This document shows, in pieces, positions 1 to 11,638 of a DNA stretch of 64,000 nt; position 1 is the first letter of the stretch; each line of letters begins with the position of its first letter. Origin of the DNA: Balanoglossus misakiensis (lineage: Eukaryota > Animalia > Hemichordata). The translations under genes and the position numbers were made by a program. Where the stretch lies: contig CM082591.2 in the NCBI GenBank assembly GCA_040954595.2, forward strand, positions 2,021,745-2,085,744, written 5' to 3'. The notes beneath the pieces were generated by a model, which saw nothing but the letters and a program-made list of their open reading frames with translations, did no database searches and was not told the DNA's origin.

Positions 1-226
1 TGGAAAAATAAAAATACACGCGCACAGCCAGTTTATTTTGTTTAAGTGATTTTGTTTATTATGGTTATTTTAGGGAATTTGCGGTAATGACGTCACGCAT
101 AAGTGAGCTCATTCCATTAACGAATACAACAACGTCAAGGATTTTGGTACAATAAACCCCACATACATAAAATCGCGCTTTTGCTTGACAATTTCTATTA
201 CAGTCTACACGACACTTAAATAATGT

Positions 227-1662
227 TTAAATAATGTTTCTGGCTTCCAGCATAGCCACGGTTGTTGCGTGTTCTTTAACTTTCAGTTCAAGGTGACGAC
301 TGGATTCTACTACGTCACCGCCAGCTGAGGTGCCGCTGCCAAAATAGCCACGTGTGTTTTCCATGTTTTCAGGCGATGCGCAGGTCCCTTCCAGATCCGG
401 AGAAACGACAGGGAAGGAATTCAGGCCACCGGGTGGCGCTAAATCAGGGGACCACTGTGGCATCAGTGTACCGCAAAATGGGTTTTGTATCTGAAAGAAC
501 AAAACCAAAGTTGGAATACTGGTATTAGGAAACCAAGGTCGAGAGAGAGGGGGAGATTGAGAGAAAAGGGGGATTGGGAGGGAGAGAGAGAATGAAAGAT
601 GGAAGAAAGGAGAGAGAACGCCGACAGAGAGAGAGAGAGACACAGACAGACAGACTGACAGACAGAGAGTGTAAGACTACAGAAGAAGAAATTTCCAATT
701 ACCGTGATGAGCGGATAATGTTGGGGTGCCCAGTATGGGTACGGGTTTCCAAGACAACCGAAGAAGTTATGGAGATGCTGTTCCTTCTTGCGCCACTTCG
801 CTCGGCGATTTTGAAACCAGACCTGAGAGAGAGCATAGAATAATACATTAGTATCGTAGCTCCGACTCCACAAAAAACTTCTGACGAGATCTGACATAAC
901 CCGTACCGCAAGACAAAGTAGGTAATTTACCTGTACACGTGACTCCGGTAGACCAATCCGGCGCGCCAGTCTTTCGCGAACAAACATGTCGGGGTAGTGA
1001 ATCTGGCGGAACACTCTTTCCAAATCCTGCAGTTGTCGGCTCGTGAAAGTAGTCCGGCTTCTTTTCGGCTTTTCGTCCTTGGACTTGTCTTCTTTGTCGT
1101 CTGGCGAAAGTTCTGCGAGTGCGGAAACAAATTACAGGAGTGACAAACGTGAATTGTACAGTGCAGCGTGTTATTGTGATTTGTAGTAGATTTGCTTAAT
1201 GTTAAAATTACCTGTACTGTGGAAAAATAGTTCCCATTTCACAGAACAAACCTACAGATTCGTTTGAAAACGCAGGCTACTGTGAATAGAAGCATTGTAA
1301 AATAACATCATTACTGAAATAATTTAGACTTTGTCTTATTGTTGTATCTTACCGCATTGAACATCAGAGCAGTTGAGAACGTTCGGGGCGTTTATATCGG
1401 CATCATCCTCACCACCGTCGCTTCCCACATCTAAGATCTTATCGATGGAGAATTTGTGGTAGAATCGTTGATTGATCGCAGATGGTGCGGCGTTCCGCGC
1501 GTGCATTTCCCGGGGTTTTGGCGCGGTGGTTTCGGCATCGGGGATTAGACCGTGAGCGGCCGTGCTGACGTGGTTGTCGTCATCGATGAAAGCTGCACGC
1601 GTTCCCCTCGCCGAGAAACTTTTTGAAGAAGCGAAGAGATTTTCTGAAAATTGCTCGCTCAT
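227..1662 (-). CDS. Paired-class (Q50) aristaless-group homeobox transcription factor (Arx/Alx/Rx-like) with N-terminal eh1 motif and C-terminal OAR motif
   Basis: Four exons with GT-AG boundaries: 1662-1353, 1112-931, 822-703, 490-227, in frame. Homeodomain [47 protein letters not shown]|[14 protein letters not shown] has the typical PRD-class intron at VQ|VW. eh1-like FSIDKIL in exon 1; degenerate OAR motif [13 protein letters not shown] near the C-terminus. Confidence 0.92.
541..670. repeat. Purine-rich (GA)n/(GACA)n microsatellite in homeobox intron 3
   Basis: Visible gagagagag...cagacagacagactgacagacag tract. Confidence 0.85.
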
Positions 1663-1794
1663 ATTAGCAGCAACGAGAAACTAATCTTTCTAACCAAACA
1701 GTCGACTCGTCACTCGTTTCAGGTAGTACAGAGAGAAGAGACTTCGGCAAGCGAAAACTTTTGTTTGATGAAAGCGATGATCAGAGCATTGTCT

Positions 1795-1945
1795 GTTTTA
1801 TATATATGCTCAGCGTTGAAACAATTAATTTTGTGTGATTCCATATTCTCCGAGGTGAACAAAAACTGACAAAAAGGCCAATCGCATTGATTACACCGAA
1901 ACAAGACAAGATACACAGTTGAACACACACCGTTTAATCCAATTG
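1795..1945 (-). promoter_or_regulatory. Probable core promoter of the homeobox gene
   Basis: TATATATAAAA on the - strand at ~1796-1807, ~140 nt upstream of the ATG; CCAAT at ~1878; TAATCCAATTG homeodomain-type site at ~1935. Motif inspection only. Confidence 0.4.
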
Positions 1946-2695
1946 CAGCGCAGATATGTTTGAGTGATCGTACTTGGACGGATTCCTATCCTCTGGCGTT
2001 GACTGTGATTGCGGAGCAATTGAAAGAAAGAAAACTCGAGCTTGTAGAGAACGTTATTGCTAACTTCGAAATGTGAGGTATCTTCAAAGATTACTTTAGA
2101 CATTTTAATATAGTTTATTTGGAGAGTTTGCAGTGTTAATATCAGACGGAACAACTGCCAATTTGAGAAAGCGAAACCTATCCAATGTCGATGCCAAGAC
2201 TATGTTTTCATTTTGTGCATGAAGGTCACGACAAGGACGATTATGAACGCCGCAAAACGAAATGGTCATACACGACAGTGATAACAAAAATCAAAGCCTC
2301 GTCTCACATTCTCATTTTAATCGCCTTCAGCTCTTTGCAATGAGATGAGAAATCTTATATAGTGATCTGTATGCTCCGTATTACTTGTAGTGATTACATG
2401 CAGATGGTGATATTATTGCCCAGAAAAATGAGCAAGAAACCTTTCAGTGTTCAAAGATTGTGATATTTTCTCAAACGCTTTTTTCTGGGCCTGATTGCCC
2501 AGATTGAGGGTCTTTGACATGCTTCATAGCCTCAATTATTGACAGATAATCGTGACACACAACACCTCTGAAACCAAATCAAAGCCGCACCGCCTGGGAA
2601 CAAAATGGCCGCCATGTTGCGCCCTCTAACGGTACACCGGTGCTTCTTCCTGCCTTCGCCTTGATTTCTTTATTTTTGCCTGTTTGTAAACGTTC

Positions 2696-4051
2696 TTATT
2701 TGGTAGCGATAACTATCATAGTAGGTCCAAGCCACTCCAATTTTCCCTCTGCATTTCTCGGAGCTATCTCCTTCAGGATCCCATAAGCGTCGTTGACGAA
2801 TTCGTCTTTCTTGTCTTCTGCTATGTATTGCAGGTGAGGCGTTTGCACCCGAATGTAAGCTGAGGAAACAAAGACACAACAAATGAACATTTTTTGATGT
2901 TTTAAGAAGTGATTAAAAAAGGTTGTGCTGCCAAAAACAAGTCGTTCCGTAGTTATAATTTGAGAGTGGAACCAGAATAGTGATGTGGTATGACGACTGA
3001 TATTTGTGCTCACGTGATCATACTCACACTTATGTCCAGCTTCGTCCAGATTAGCGTAGAAAGCCATACTTCGCTCTTGGACTTTTGCATCAGAAAATCC
3101 GCAATCGGTCATCAGCTGTTTTAGATTGTCCAAGCTTCCTTTGTAGTATAGTTCGTCGGAAAACTTGTAACCCTGATTGAGAGATCAGTGTATGTATTCT
3201 TCAAAAATGATTTAGAAACTCTTTACATATAGATGTACACTTACTATCCTCAAGCATACATACCTTCAGTTGATCTTTCCATTTCGGGTGTTCATTCAGT
3301 CGTTTGAAGAGCGCCACCATAGTTCCATCCACATTACCGTGCTGGAAACGCAACAGAAATTTCCCTCCAGGCTTCAGACAGTCGCTGACATTTTTCAGGA
3401 ATGCTTTCTTGTCCTTGATGAATCTCAACACCGCTATGCACATGGCCTTGTCGAAAGAATTCTTCCAGTCCGGTTGGAAGGTACCGCTGTCCTCGCCATC
3501 GGCGACGTAGTAGAACGTCTTCCCTTCAATGAAGTTCTCCTTTTTCGCTACCTCGATGAACTCGGAAGAGATATCGTAACCTTTTCAAACAAAGGATGGA
3601 ATTTTGATAAGGTGACTCCACTGGTCATGTTTTAGCTTACCCGTTTAAATTGTAAATCTTTCTTAATAAAAAGTACGGTCAATGAACCATGAAGCCATAC
3701 ATGGCAAGTCTGGACATTTTACTAGATACAGTATACGCTTCAAACACGAACAAAATTTGATGCACCATCTGGTCATGTAAAATCTGATATCTAAATAGCT
3801 TGACAGATTGTTAGCACTTTCGTGACAATTCCACGTGCGTGTGACACACCCCTTTTCTTACCTGTGATAAATTTGACTCCACCTCGTTCTGGTACCAACT
3901 TAGTGAACGACCCAGTTCCACAACCGACGTCGAGCACAACGTCATCCGGGGTCCAAGCCATAGTCTTCGCCAAGAACCCCCAGGCGCCTTCGATCTGCCC
4001 CTTGCGGACTACATTCTCATAGGTGTTGGCCGACGCTTTGGAGGCATCCAT
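2696..4051 (-). CDS. Class I SAM-dependent methyltransferase, juvenile hormone acid O-methyltransferase (JHAMT)-like, paralog A (~271 aa)
   Basis: Exons 4051-3862, 3580-3264, 3172-3028, 2859-2696 splice in frame (816 nt). Motif I VLDVGCGTG, motif II GYDISSEFIEVAK, then CLKPGGKFLL and HPKW. Confidence 0.88.
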
Positions 4052-4502
4052 GTTGTTGTAGAAATGAAGGACGTTCAGGCACTATGACTACAATGATTCG
4101 GATAGGAACGCATACACAGATAATACACGTACGTCTAGAGTCATCTGTATGTACATACACACGTCACCCAGGGCAGGGTTCGCCCGTCTGAGTTGACCAG
4201 TCACAACATTTATTTACGGGTTCGTGAACCCGGTGCGGGGTAGTGCCAACCACTACAGAGCTGACTTGACAAGGCCCTGATGAGGTCACGGCACGTCCAC
4301 TGTTAATATATAACTTTGGCTGTGGCGTCGAAAGCCTGCACGTCACCAGGACCAAGAATGTCCTGTCTACACGTCACGTGACGTTTCAAGACAATCCAGT
4401 ATTCACCTATATTCAAAGTTGTGTACTACTTGGCTGGTAGTTGCAACTGACCTCCTGAAGTACGCGACCTAGATCACACTCCAAGCCCCACAGTTTTCCA
4501 GA

Positions 4503-6364
4503 ATGAACTTCTCCACCGACACCGCCCTGAAGTACGTGGAACTGCGCAAGGCACAGCTGGACAAGTGCTGGCATTGGCTTTCCACGGCCCTGGAGTGGAC
4601 ACCGGGCGACCTGGTCCTCGATGTTGGCTGCGGCACCGGGTCCTTCACCAAGCTACTCGTGGACAGGGGGAACATCAAGTCGATCACAGGTGAGAATGTC
4701 GGTCAAATAGTGGACACAGGTGGCTAGCGTATGACCATGTGAAACGACTTCAGTCTGTAGTATAATATACACAAACCGTGGCCACTGAATAGCCATACAC
4801 ACGTTTATAAATCTGTAAGCTTACACCAGATATCCAAGTGACCATGTAATTTTACCATTATAGGCTATACACCAAATAAGCAAGCAGCCAATTTTATGCC
4901 CTCCTTGAACTGGCAATCTATATTCTTGACAGCCAACAACACGAACTGGGCGGCTTTGTTTACTTACCAGTAAATGTGCCCTGAAGTGTCATTTTATTCG
5001 TTTCACCAAAGCAAGCGATGTCGAATTTTGTTTCTAGAATGCAATTTTTTGTCACTGTTCTAGGATATGACAAATCGCCAGAGTACATTGAAGTCGCGAG
5101 GAAAGAAAACTTAGAGGCTGGGAAGACCTTCTACGAAGTAGCAGACGCCACCAACGGCGCGACGATGAAACCCGAGTGGAAGGGTTGCTTTAGCAAAGCC
5201 ATATCAATCGCCGTTTTCCAGTTCATCGACGACAAGACCGCCTTCTTTACAAACGTCTGTGATTGCCTCCAACCGGGAGGGTACTTCCTGATGAGGTTTC
5301 ACCATGGAAACGAGATAGCGACGCTGGAGGCCATTTACCGATACATGTCGGACCATCCTCGGTGGAAACCATTGACCAAGGTAATAAAGAGGTTGGTCAA
5401 TCTTTACCATAGTAACCCAAACCCATCTAATGGAAATAGACCATTTCCGAACTCCACGTGACCCTGCGAGATTTCGCGTGACTAGGCAACATACAATCAG
5501 AATGTTCTCTGACTGAAAATTATCGTTTTTCAGGATTTTTCATATGATGTATACTACGACATGCTGTATCGAGGAAGTGCCCAACAGCTTGAGCAATTGG
5601 TGATTGACTGTGGATTTTCAGAGGCTCGCGTCGTGGAAAGAAACTATTATAACTACGGCACCTGTACGGAAGAAGATTTTAAACGTAAGTTCAAAAAGTC
5701 GATAGGAGATTAGAAAAGTCATCCCAGATGTCCTCAAAAGTCACGATAAAAAATCGTTTTGTAGTGGCATCGCTGTTAGGTGTGCAAACGTGGCAGTAAC
5801 AAAATCGCTATTACTTGCTCCATCTGACGTCCCATGCCCTTTAATGTAAGGTATATAACTCGAGGCTTTTTGCACAAAATCAAAATTTTATCGAAGCCTG
5901 ATTACGCGCCCCACCTGTGCACGGACCGACTTTATAACGGGATTTTCCAACTTTGCAAGCTGGGGGCGTAGATTACTTCAAACGGTGAGATTAGCTGGTC
6001 ATGTAGAGTTGACGAAGATCATAAGTGTAAATGACACTTTGTCAGAACCTTCCACGGATTTCTGACCAAGAGTAGTTCTTGACGGTTTTCAAGGCAGACC
6101 TCGTTAAGAAATTAAGTCAGTTCAATTTGTAAAACCTTGGTAGTCAGAGTAACTGCAGAAGATAAAACCTTATGTCATGTGATCTTTTATGTTTCCGCAG
6201 ATTATTTTGAAGTCCAGTTGGAACAAGTGAAACACATCCCTGAACACATGAAGACAGAGTTCGTAAATGATGCGTATCGGAAGCTCGTGGACATCAACGA
6301 ACGAGACAGAGAAGGAAGGATGTGCTTCAAGTCGCCAACATGGATACTCACCGCCAAAAAATGA
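4503..6364 (+). CDS. Class I SAM-dependent methyltransferase, JHAMT-like, paralog B (~272 aa)
   Basis: Exons 4503-4689, 5064-5380, 5534-5684, 6201-6364 splice in frame (819 nt). VLDVGCGTGSFTKL, GYDKSPEYIEVARK, CLQPGGYFL, HPRW. Exons 2 and 4 have the same lengths (317, 164 nt) as in paralog A. Confidence 0.9.
5435..5490 (+). repeat. Short dispersed repeat (probable transposon terminus), copy 1
   Basis: aatagaccatttccgaactccacgtgaccctgcgagatttcgcgtgactaggcaac matches the reverse complement of 18381-18436 with a few substitutions. Confidence 0.75.
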
Positions 6365-9300
6365 AGTAGACGACAGGTCAAAAAGATGTCATAAATTTTG
6401 ACGTCTGCTGGCCAAGAACGCATGAACACACATAAATGTACAATCTTACAATAAATTACTATTATGTAATAATAGAGTATTCTCACATTCAGTTCAGTAG
6501 ACTAGAACAGAACAGAACAGAACATACACGGTGGCAATGGTTGAACCGTCGTTGCTACAAACTTACAAGCAACGTAATAGAAATCGTACGTGCACCACGA
6601 GGCGCTATTTCTCAGCCTGATTTAAGTTGTCACACAACGGAGAGAATTGTTGGTTTTTCAGGAAATTGGGGAAACTAGTAGCGAAATGATCCGCGTAATA
6701 ACCAATTCTCACTCTTTCCGGTCTTCCCATGCAACAGTTTGAACCTGTTGTGCGACTGAATCAATCGACCTGGCGCCGTGCTTGTCAGTTTGAGTCAAAG
6801 ATGGCGACCGGACGATGGAAAGAAAACGAACAAAGAAGATGGCCGTAGGCCCACTCAGGGAAAACCACACACAAACTACACCCTAAATTCAAGTAATTTT
6901 GGCTAACAGTATATTATATTATTCACTATCGTAGACAGATTTACTATCTCTAAGCGAAGTTGAAGGTTTCATTTAAATCTCCATTTTGAGCAGGCGTATC
7001 GTATGCGTAATTTCATGTTCATTATAGGGGCAATAAATCAAACATAATCTGAAAATGGAAAAGGGATTACAACTTAATGGCTGATGATATTGGACGACAC
7101 ACAGTTGTTGCATCCATTATTTTTAGCGCTTTCCCTATGGATTGATTTTGACCTCTAACCTAGACCAATATGGCGGATTTCTAGAGGATTGTGTAGTCAC
7201 GGATTACACCTTCTTCTTTTAGCACTGTTTCTAGGACAAAGTCAGTTTAGTAATACGCAATCTTGTGAAAAATTGCAGTCACAGAACGCACCTACGTGTT
7301 TTAGCAAAGTTACTAAGAGAAAATCAGTTCAAATACTTCTCAATGTCGTAAAAATGGAAATTGTCGGCCGGAATTGGGTTTACATGGCAGACACGCGCCG
7401 CCATCTTGAACAGCGCCACCATGACAAATTCATCGTCTTGCTGTTGCCACACAGGCGCCTTTTGTTTGTTTCTCGGGGTTGTTGACAGACAGTACCTCCC
7501 AATGACTGAAAACCTGCCACACCGATTCGCGTCCACAGGGATATTTCGCATGTTCAATTGAGTCGTTGCCTTTTAATATTGCGCCGACGACTATCTTTGC
7601 TTTACATTTGCTGTGCAAATTGGCAGTTTCTGTCAAAGAGCAAACACGTACCTACAGAAAAACAAATATAGGACCTGGGGGAAATGCTTGATATCCTATC
7701 AGAAATTTTGACGTTTGAACAACGACGTCTTATGTCGTCTACTACCGCAGAAAGTTTGTTGACTCGACCAAGCTGCTGTATGCCCACAAGCCTCAAGGAT
7801 TACCATCATTTTACCCAAGTTACCTCGCTTTCTCGCCAACATCTGTGAGCGTAATGTTGGAAACTCGAGTCACATCCACGTGAAATCACTGGGGGTTTTG
7901 CATGTTGTTACAAAGAATATGTTTTACACCTTTTTCTGACATAGATGTCACATTTTGCTTTCTGACCGGTCAATTATTTCGAAGTAGAGATTGCAAATAA
8001 ACGTTCAACCATAAACGTGTCACGGACGGGATTAATTTAGAGCGCCGGGACTAGATTTAAAATATCGGGGTACAGTGTACGCGTGAACCTTCACCCAGCG
8101 AACTGGCTGTGGGGTTAATCGGGCCAATTATCTCATCCCATCCGTTGCCGTGGTTACTTGTAAATGTACTTGTAACAATCATTTGTCAGTTTGATTGGCA
8201 TTTCCGCTGTTTTTGGGCAACGTCCTCCCTCGAGAGTTGACTTGGGAGGTTTCATCGAAAAAGTCTCAAAATGGGGTATTGTGCTCGAGTGTCGATTTGT
8301 GGAGGTATTTAGAAGGAAAGTCACATTGCGACTTTCTCTGATTAAATGTACACTTTGTCGCGTTCTGATGGTTGGATCATCCGCCATCTTTGAACCCAAT
8401 TGCGTCGGATCCTAAGGATAGGTTGTACCAATTGGAAATTATCAATTGCTCCTCAATTATTCTTAAACGCGAATCGAATTCTTAAACGTAAGCGCTGCCA
8501 GAACCCGCGATCCGGTTCGGGTTTTGACGCTGTTCTACGTAAAGCGTGGGCTTCATTCTACACAATAATTAACTTCCGTCACCCACGACATTAAAGTCTC
8601 GTCACCAGGAAATCAGTATTCATTAATTTGATTATTTTGAAACGCCGAGGACCGCAAAGTTTATTCTTGACTGCAATGCACAATCGGGCCAAGAAAGTGC
8701 CACTACACACATATCTTGTAGGGACCTAAAAGAGTAATATATTTCATTCAAACCGCGATCATTGTAGATAATTTAACTTTTCAGTCCTTATTTCCGACCA
8801 ACGGTACGACGACAAATCAGTGTTCTAGATTTGCTGTGCATTGTCTTTGTTATACGAGTGTAGCGATTCCTTATTTGGGCAGACACACAGACCAGACAGC
8901 CAGACGACACAAGAGGCGCGAAATGAAGTCACATGTGCGCGGAAAATGTCGGATATCAACCTAGCCGGCAGTTATTTGATGGGATATGAATATGTATTTG
9001 ATATTTCGTTATGAACAGTTGTGTTCATGTGGCTGGTAGGACGCTGTGTGCGACAAAACAGATCTATACTATATGAATAAAAAGAGTCAGCTGAGGTCAC
9101 CCTGAAACAGAATGCACTCTAGATTGGTCTGAGCCACCATTTCCAATCGTGTCCTATAATTATATGCAAATCAGTTTGCAGAAAGCAAAACCCATATATG
9201 CAGTTCGTAGGTCCATAAATAAAGATTGATCGACAAAGGCACGCGCTTCGTGAAATCCTTGCTGGGTAACAAAACGAGATCATAAAGATTTCTCCCACTT

Positions 9301-11561
9301 TTTATCGGTCACGATTCTTGAATGAACTGTTCAACTTACTGAAATCCGACTGGAATACGTATGCGACAACTTTCTGAGCGAAATGTTTGATGACGACGAT
9401 AACTAAGATCACCCCCGAGTTTTGGCGTCACGGAATTCCAATAAAACGAACGTCAACGCGTTTTCTGATCAATTTGTGAGCTACCACCTGTATTTCGACT
9501 GTGTTAAGCCACGGAGGTACGTTGTCACATCACAGCCATACTTAGCCATATTTAAGATTGTCCTACGGTACTCAAAGACAAACTGGCAAGCTATACCAAC
9601 GCCGCCGCGACCATAAAAATCAGACGGAATCGAAAAAGATGATTTTCTACCCAGAGACTTCAGTTATACAGAGCACAGCCGTGGTGACAGGATATTACTT
9701 AATGAAAAATGTAGAGTAATTGATTTTTTTTGGTAAATGAATCTCGTTCTTGAGTGTGAAATTACAGAGCAAATTTGAAGTCATGTCTTATAGCCACCAC
9801 GCTTGAGAGGCACATACTAATAACACGACCGTGCTTGGTAGAATTTCCTGGAATCGTAAACCTCGGAGCGAAAACTGAGAAGACTGACAATGAGATGCGT
9901 TTCACAATCCAGACGTTATTCCACACACCATGAAGATAAAGGATTTCCTGACGAGGTCCCATGTTATAACAATAGAAATTCTCAAACCTTTAGTCATACT
10001 GACATGACAACAAGAAGTGTGAATTACTAAATTAATTATGTCAGTCGATAGAGATTAAACCATCAGTTTATGTACACATCGGTGTGTTGAGACATGCAAA
10101 CATGGCGGCTCTCCAGAAGCACGTGTCACAGGCCAGTTGCATACCACACAGAAAATTCGATCAATATTGCATGAAATACGGAATGATGATCCAAATTCAA
10201 ACACTCAGTGTCAATTATTTAATTCATTATTGATTCTTTCCCGCTCTCCCACGTCGGATGTCGTTTCCCCGCGAAAACTGATATACAACTCTATTAGGAT
10301 CACGTGACACCTACATCCCCATGGCTTCCGAGTTACCCGATACATCCATTGTTAAACTAGGTGTGGCAAGGTGACGTCATCATTTTTTTCACGGCTTGTT
10401 TTCATGGCAGCCTAATTATGACAAGTTATTTTCACGATTCGACATGATGGAAACAACTGGTCCAGTAAGATAATTCAAAGATAATTCTCTTTCGATGATA
10501 GTGGTGACTTATTTATATCACTTTGAACATTGTTCCATGTCTATCTTAAGAAAACCATATTAGGGAGCCTTAATGAGTTAATATGGACTGCTTTGGAAGA
10601 GATATTACGTCCTAGTTTATGACGAACCTCAAAGAATCTACATACTTGGAGATCATCCAGAGGGCGATGATCTTTGTAAAGGAGAAAAATGAAGTTTCTC
10701 GGCGTTTGGTTTTGTCAGAGCAGTAAAAACTGATTAAACGGGTCAAGAGCGACGAAACGTTATTCTCATCAACAATTCATTTCCTGTCACTATCAGCCTT
10801 AAGAAGATTTTCACACTATCATCACTTGACGCAATTACTCGTTCACGTCATTAAAAAGACACTGGATATCTATGGAAACTTCTGCTTGAAAAGGAAAAAC
10901 ATGGATGATTGTCATTTGCACCTGTCAGATATACAGCGCCTTGTAGCTACTCCACCAATACACCTGTTTTTGGTGTTGTCCGTGAAAAGTTACAACTAAA
11001 AGGCCATAACTGTTTATTTTAAATGGACAAGCCTTGAGCTGTCCTCACAGTTCCGTATCCTGTCTATTTATTCAAAGTGTGACATCAAGACAACGATTCA
11101 ACAGAAAGAAACAACAGAAATCAAGGCTAGTTCTAAAAAGGTGTTGACATACCGCGTTTTTCAAAGCTGCATGTTTACCAGTGCAAGGACACCAGTTATA
11201 AAATATGTGTACTTTGTCATTGTCACACTCGGGGGGAAATCAATTTTCCTATTAATTCTGTGAAAGGTGAACGTGTATCTCACTTGTTTGGTTGATAACA
11301 ATTAATAAGATGTCCCTCTCAAAGGAATTTCAGTCCCTTATCAACCTAAGTATGCTAAACACTGAGAGATGAGCATTAAAAATGAATGCAAGTCATCAGT
11401 ATGCGATATTGTCTTTGGCCTAACCCATAAATATCAAAGTGTTGTATGGTATATGCGTCGAAAGACAGGAGCAATCGTTCTTTAAATTTGCAAACACCGG
11501 CACTTGTCTTGTGTAAATTAACTGCAAGCGTAAGTGGATTCATATTTCTGGCCGTTTTTAA

Positions 11562-11638
11562 CCCTTTCACCCCTGTTTAGAGGCCCAAACTTGCCATTGA
11601 AAACAATGAGTTTGGACTGAACCACGGTGATGAAAGGG
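11562..11638. mobile_element. 77-bp hairpin MITE with TTAA target-site duplication (piggyBac-type)
   Basis: TTAA|CCCTTTCA...TGAAAGGG|TTAA, with an internal inverted repeat ccaaactt..cattg/caatg..agtttgg. Confidence 0.75.
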
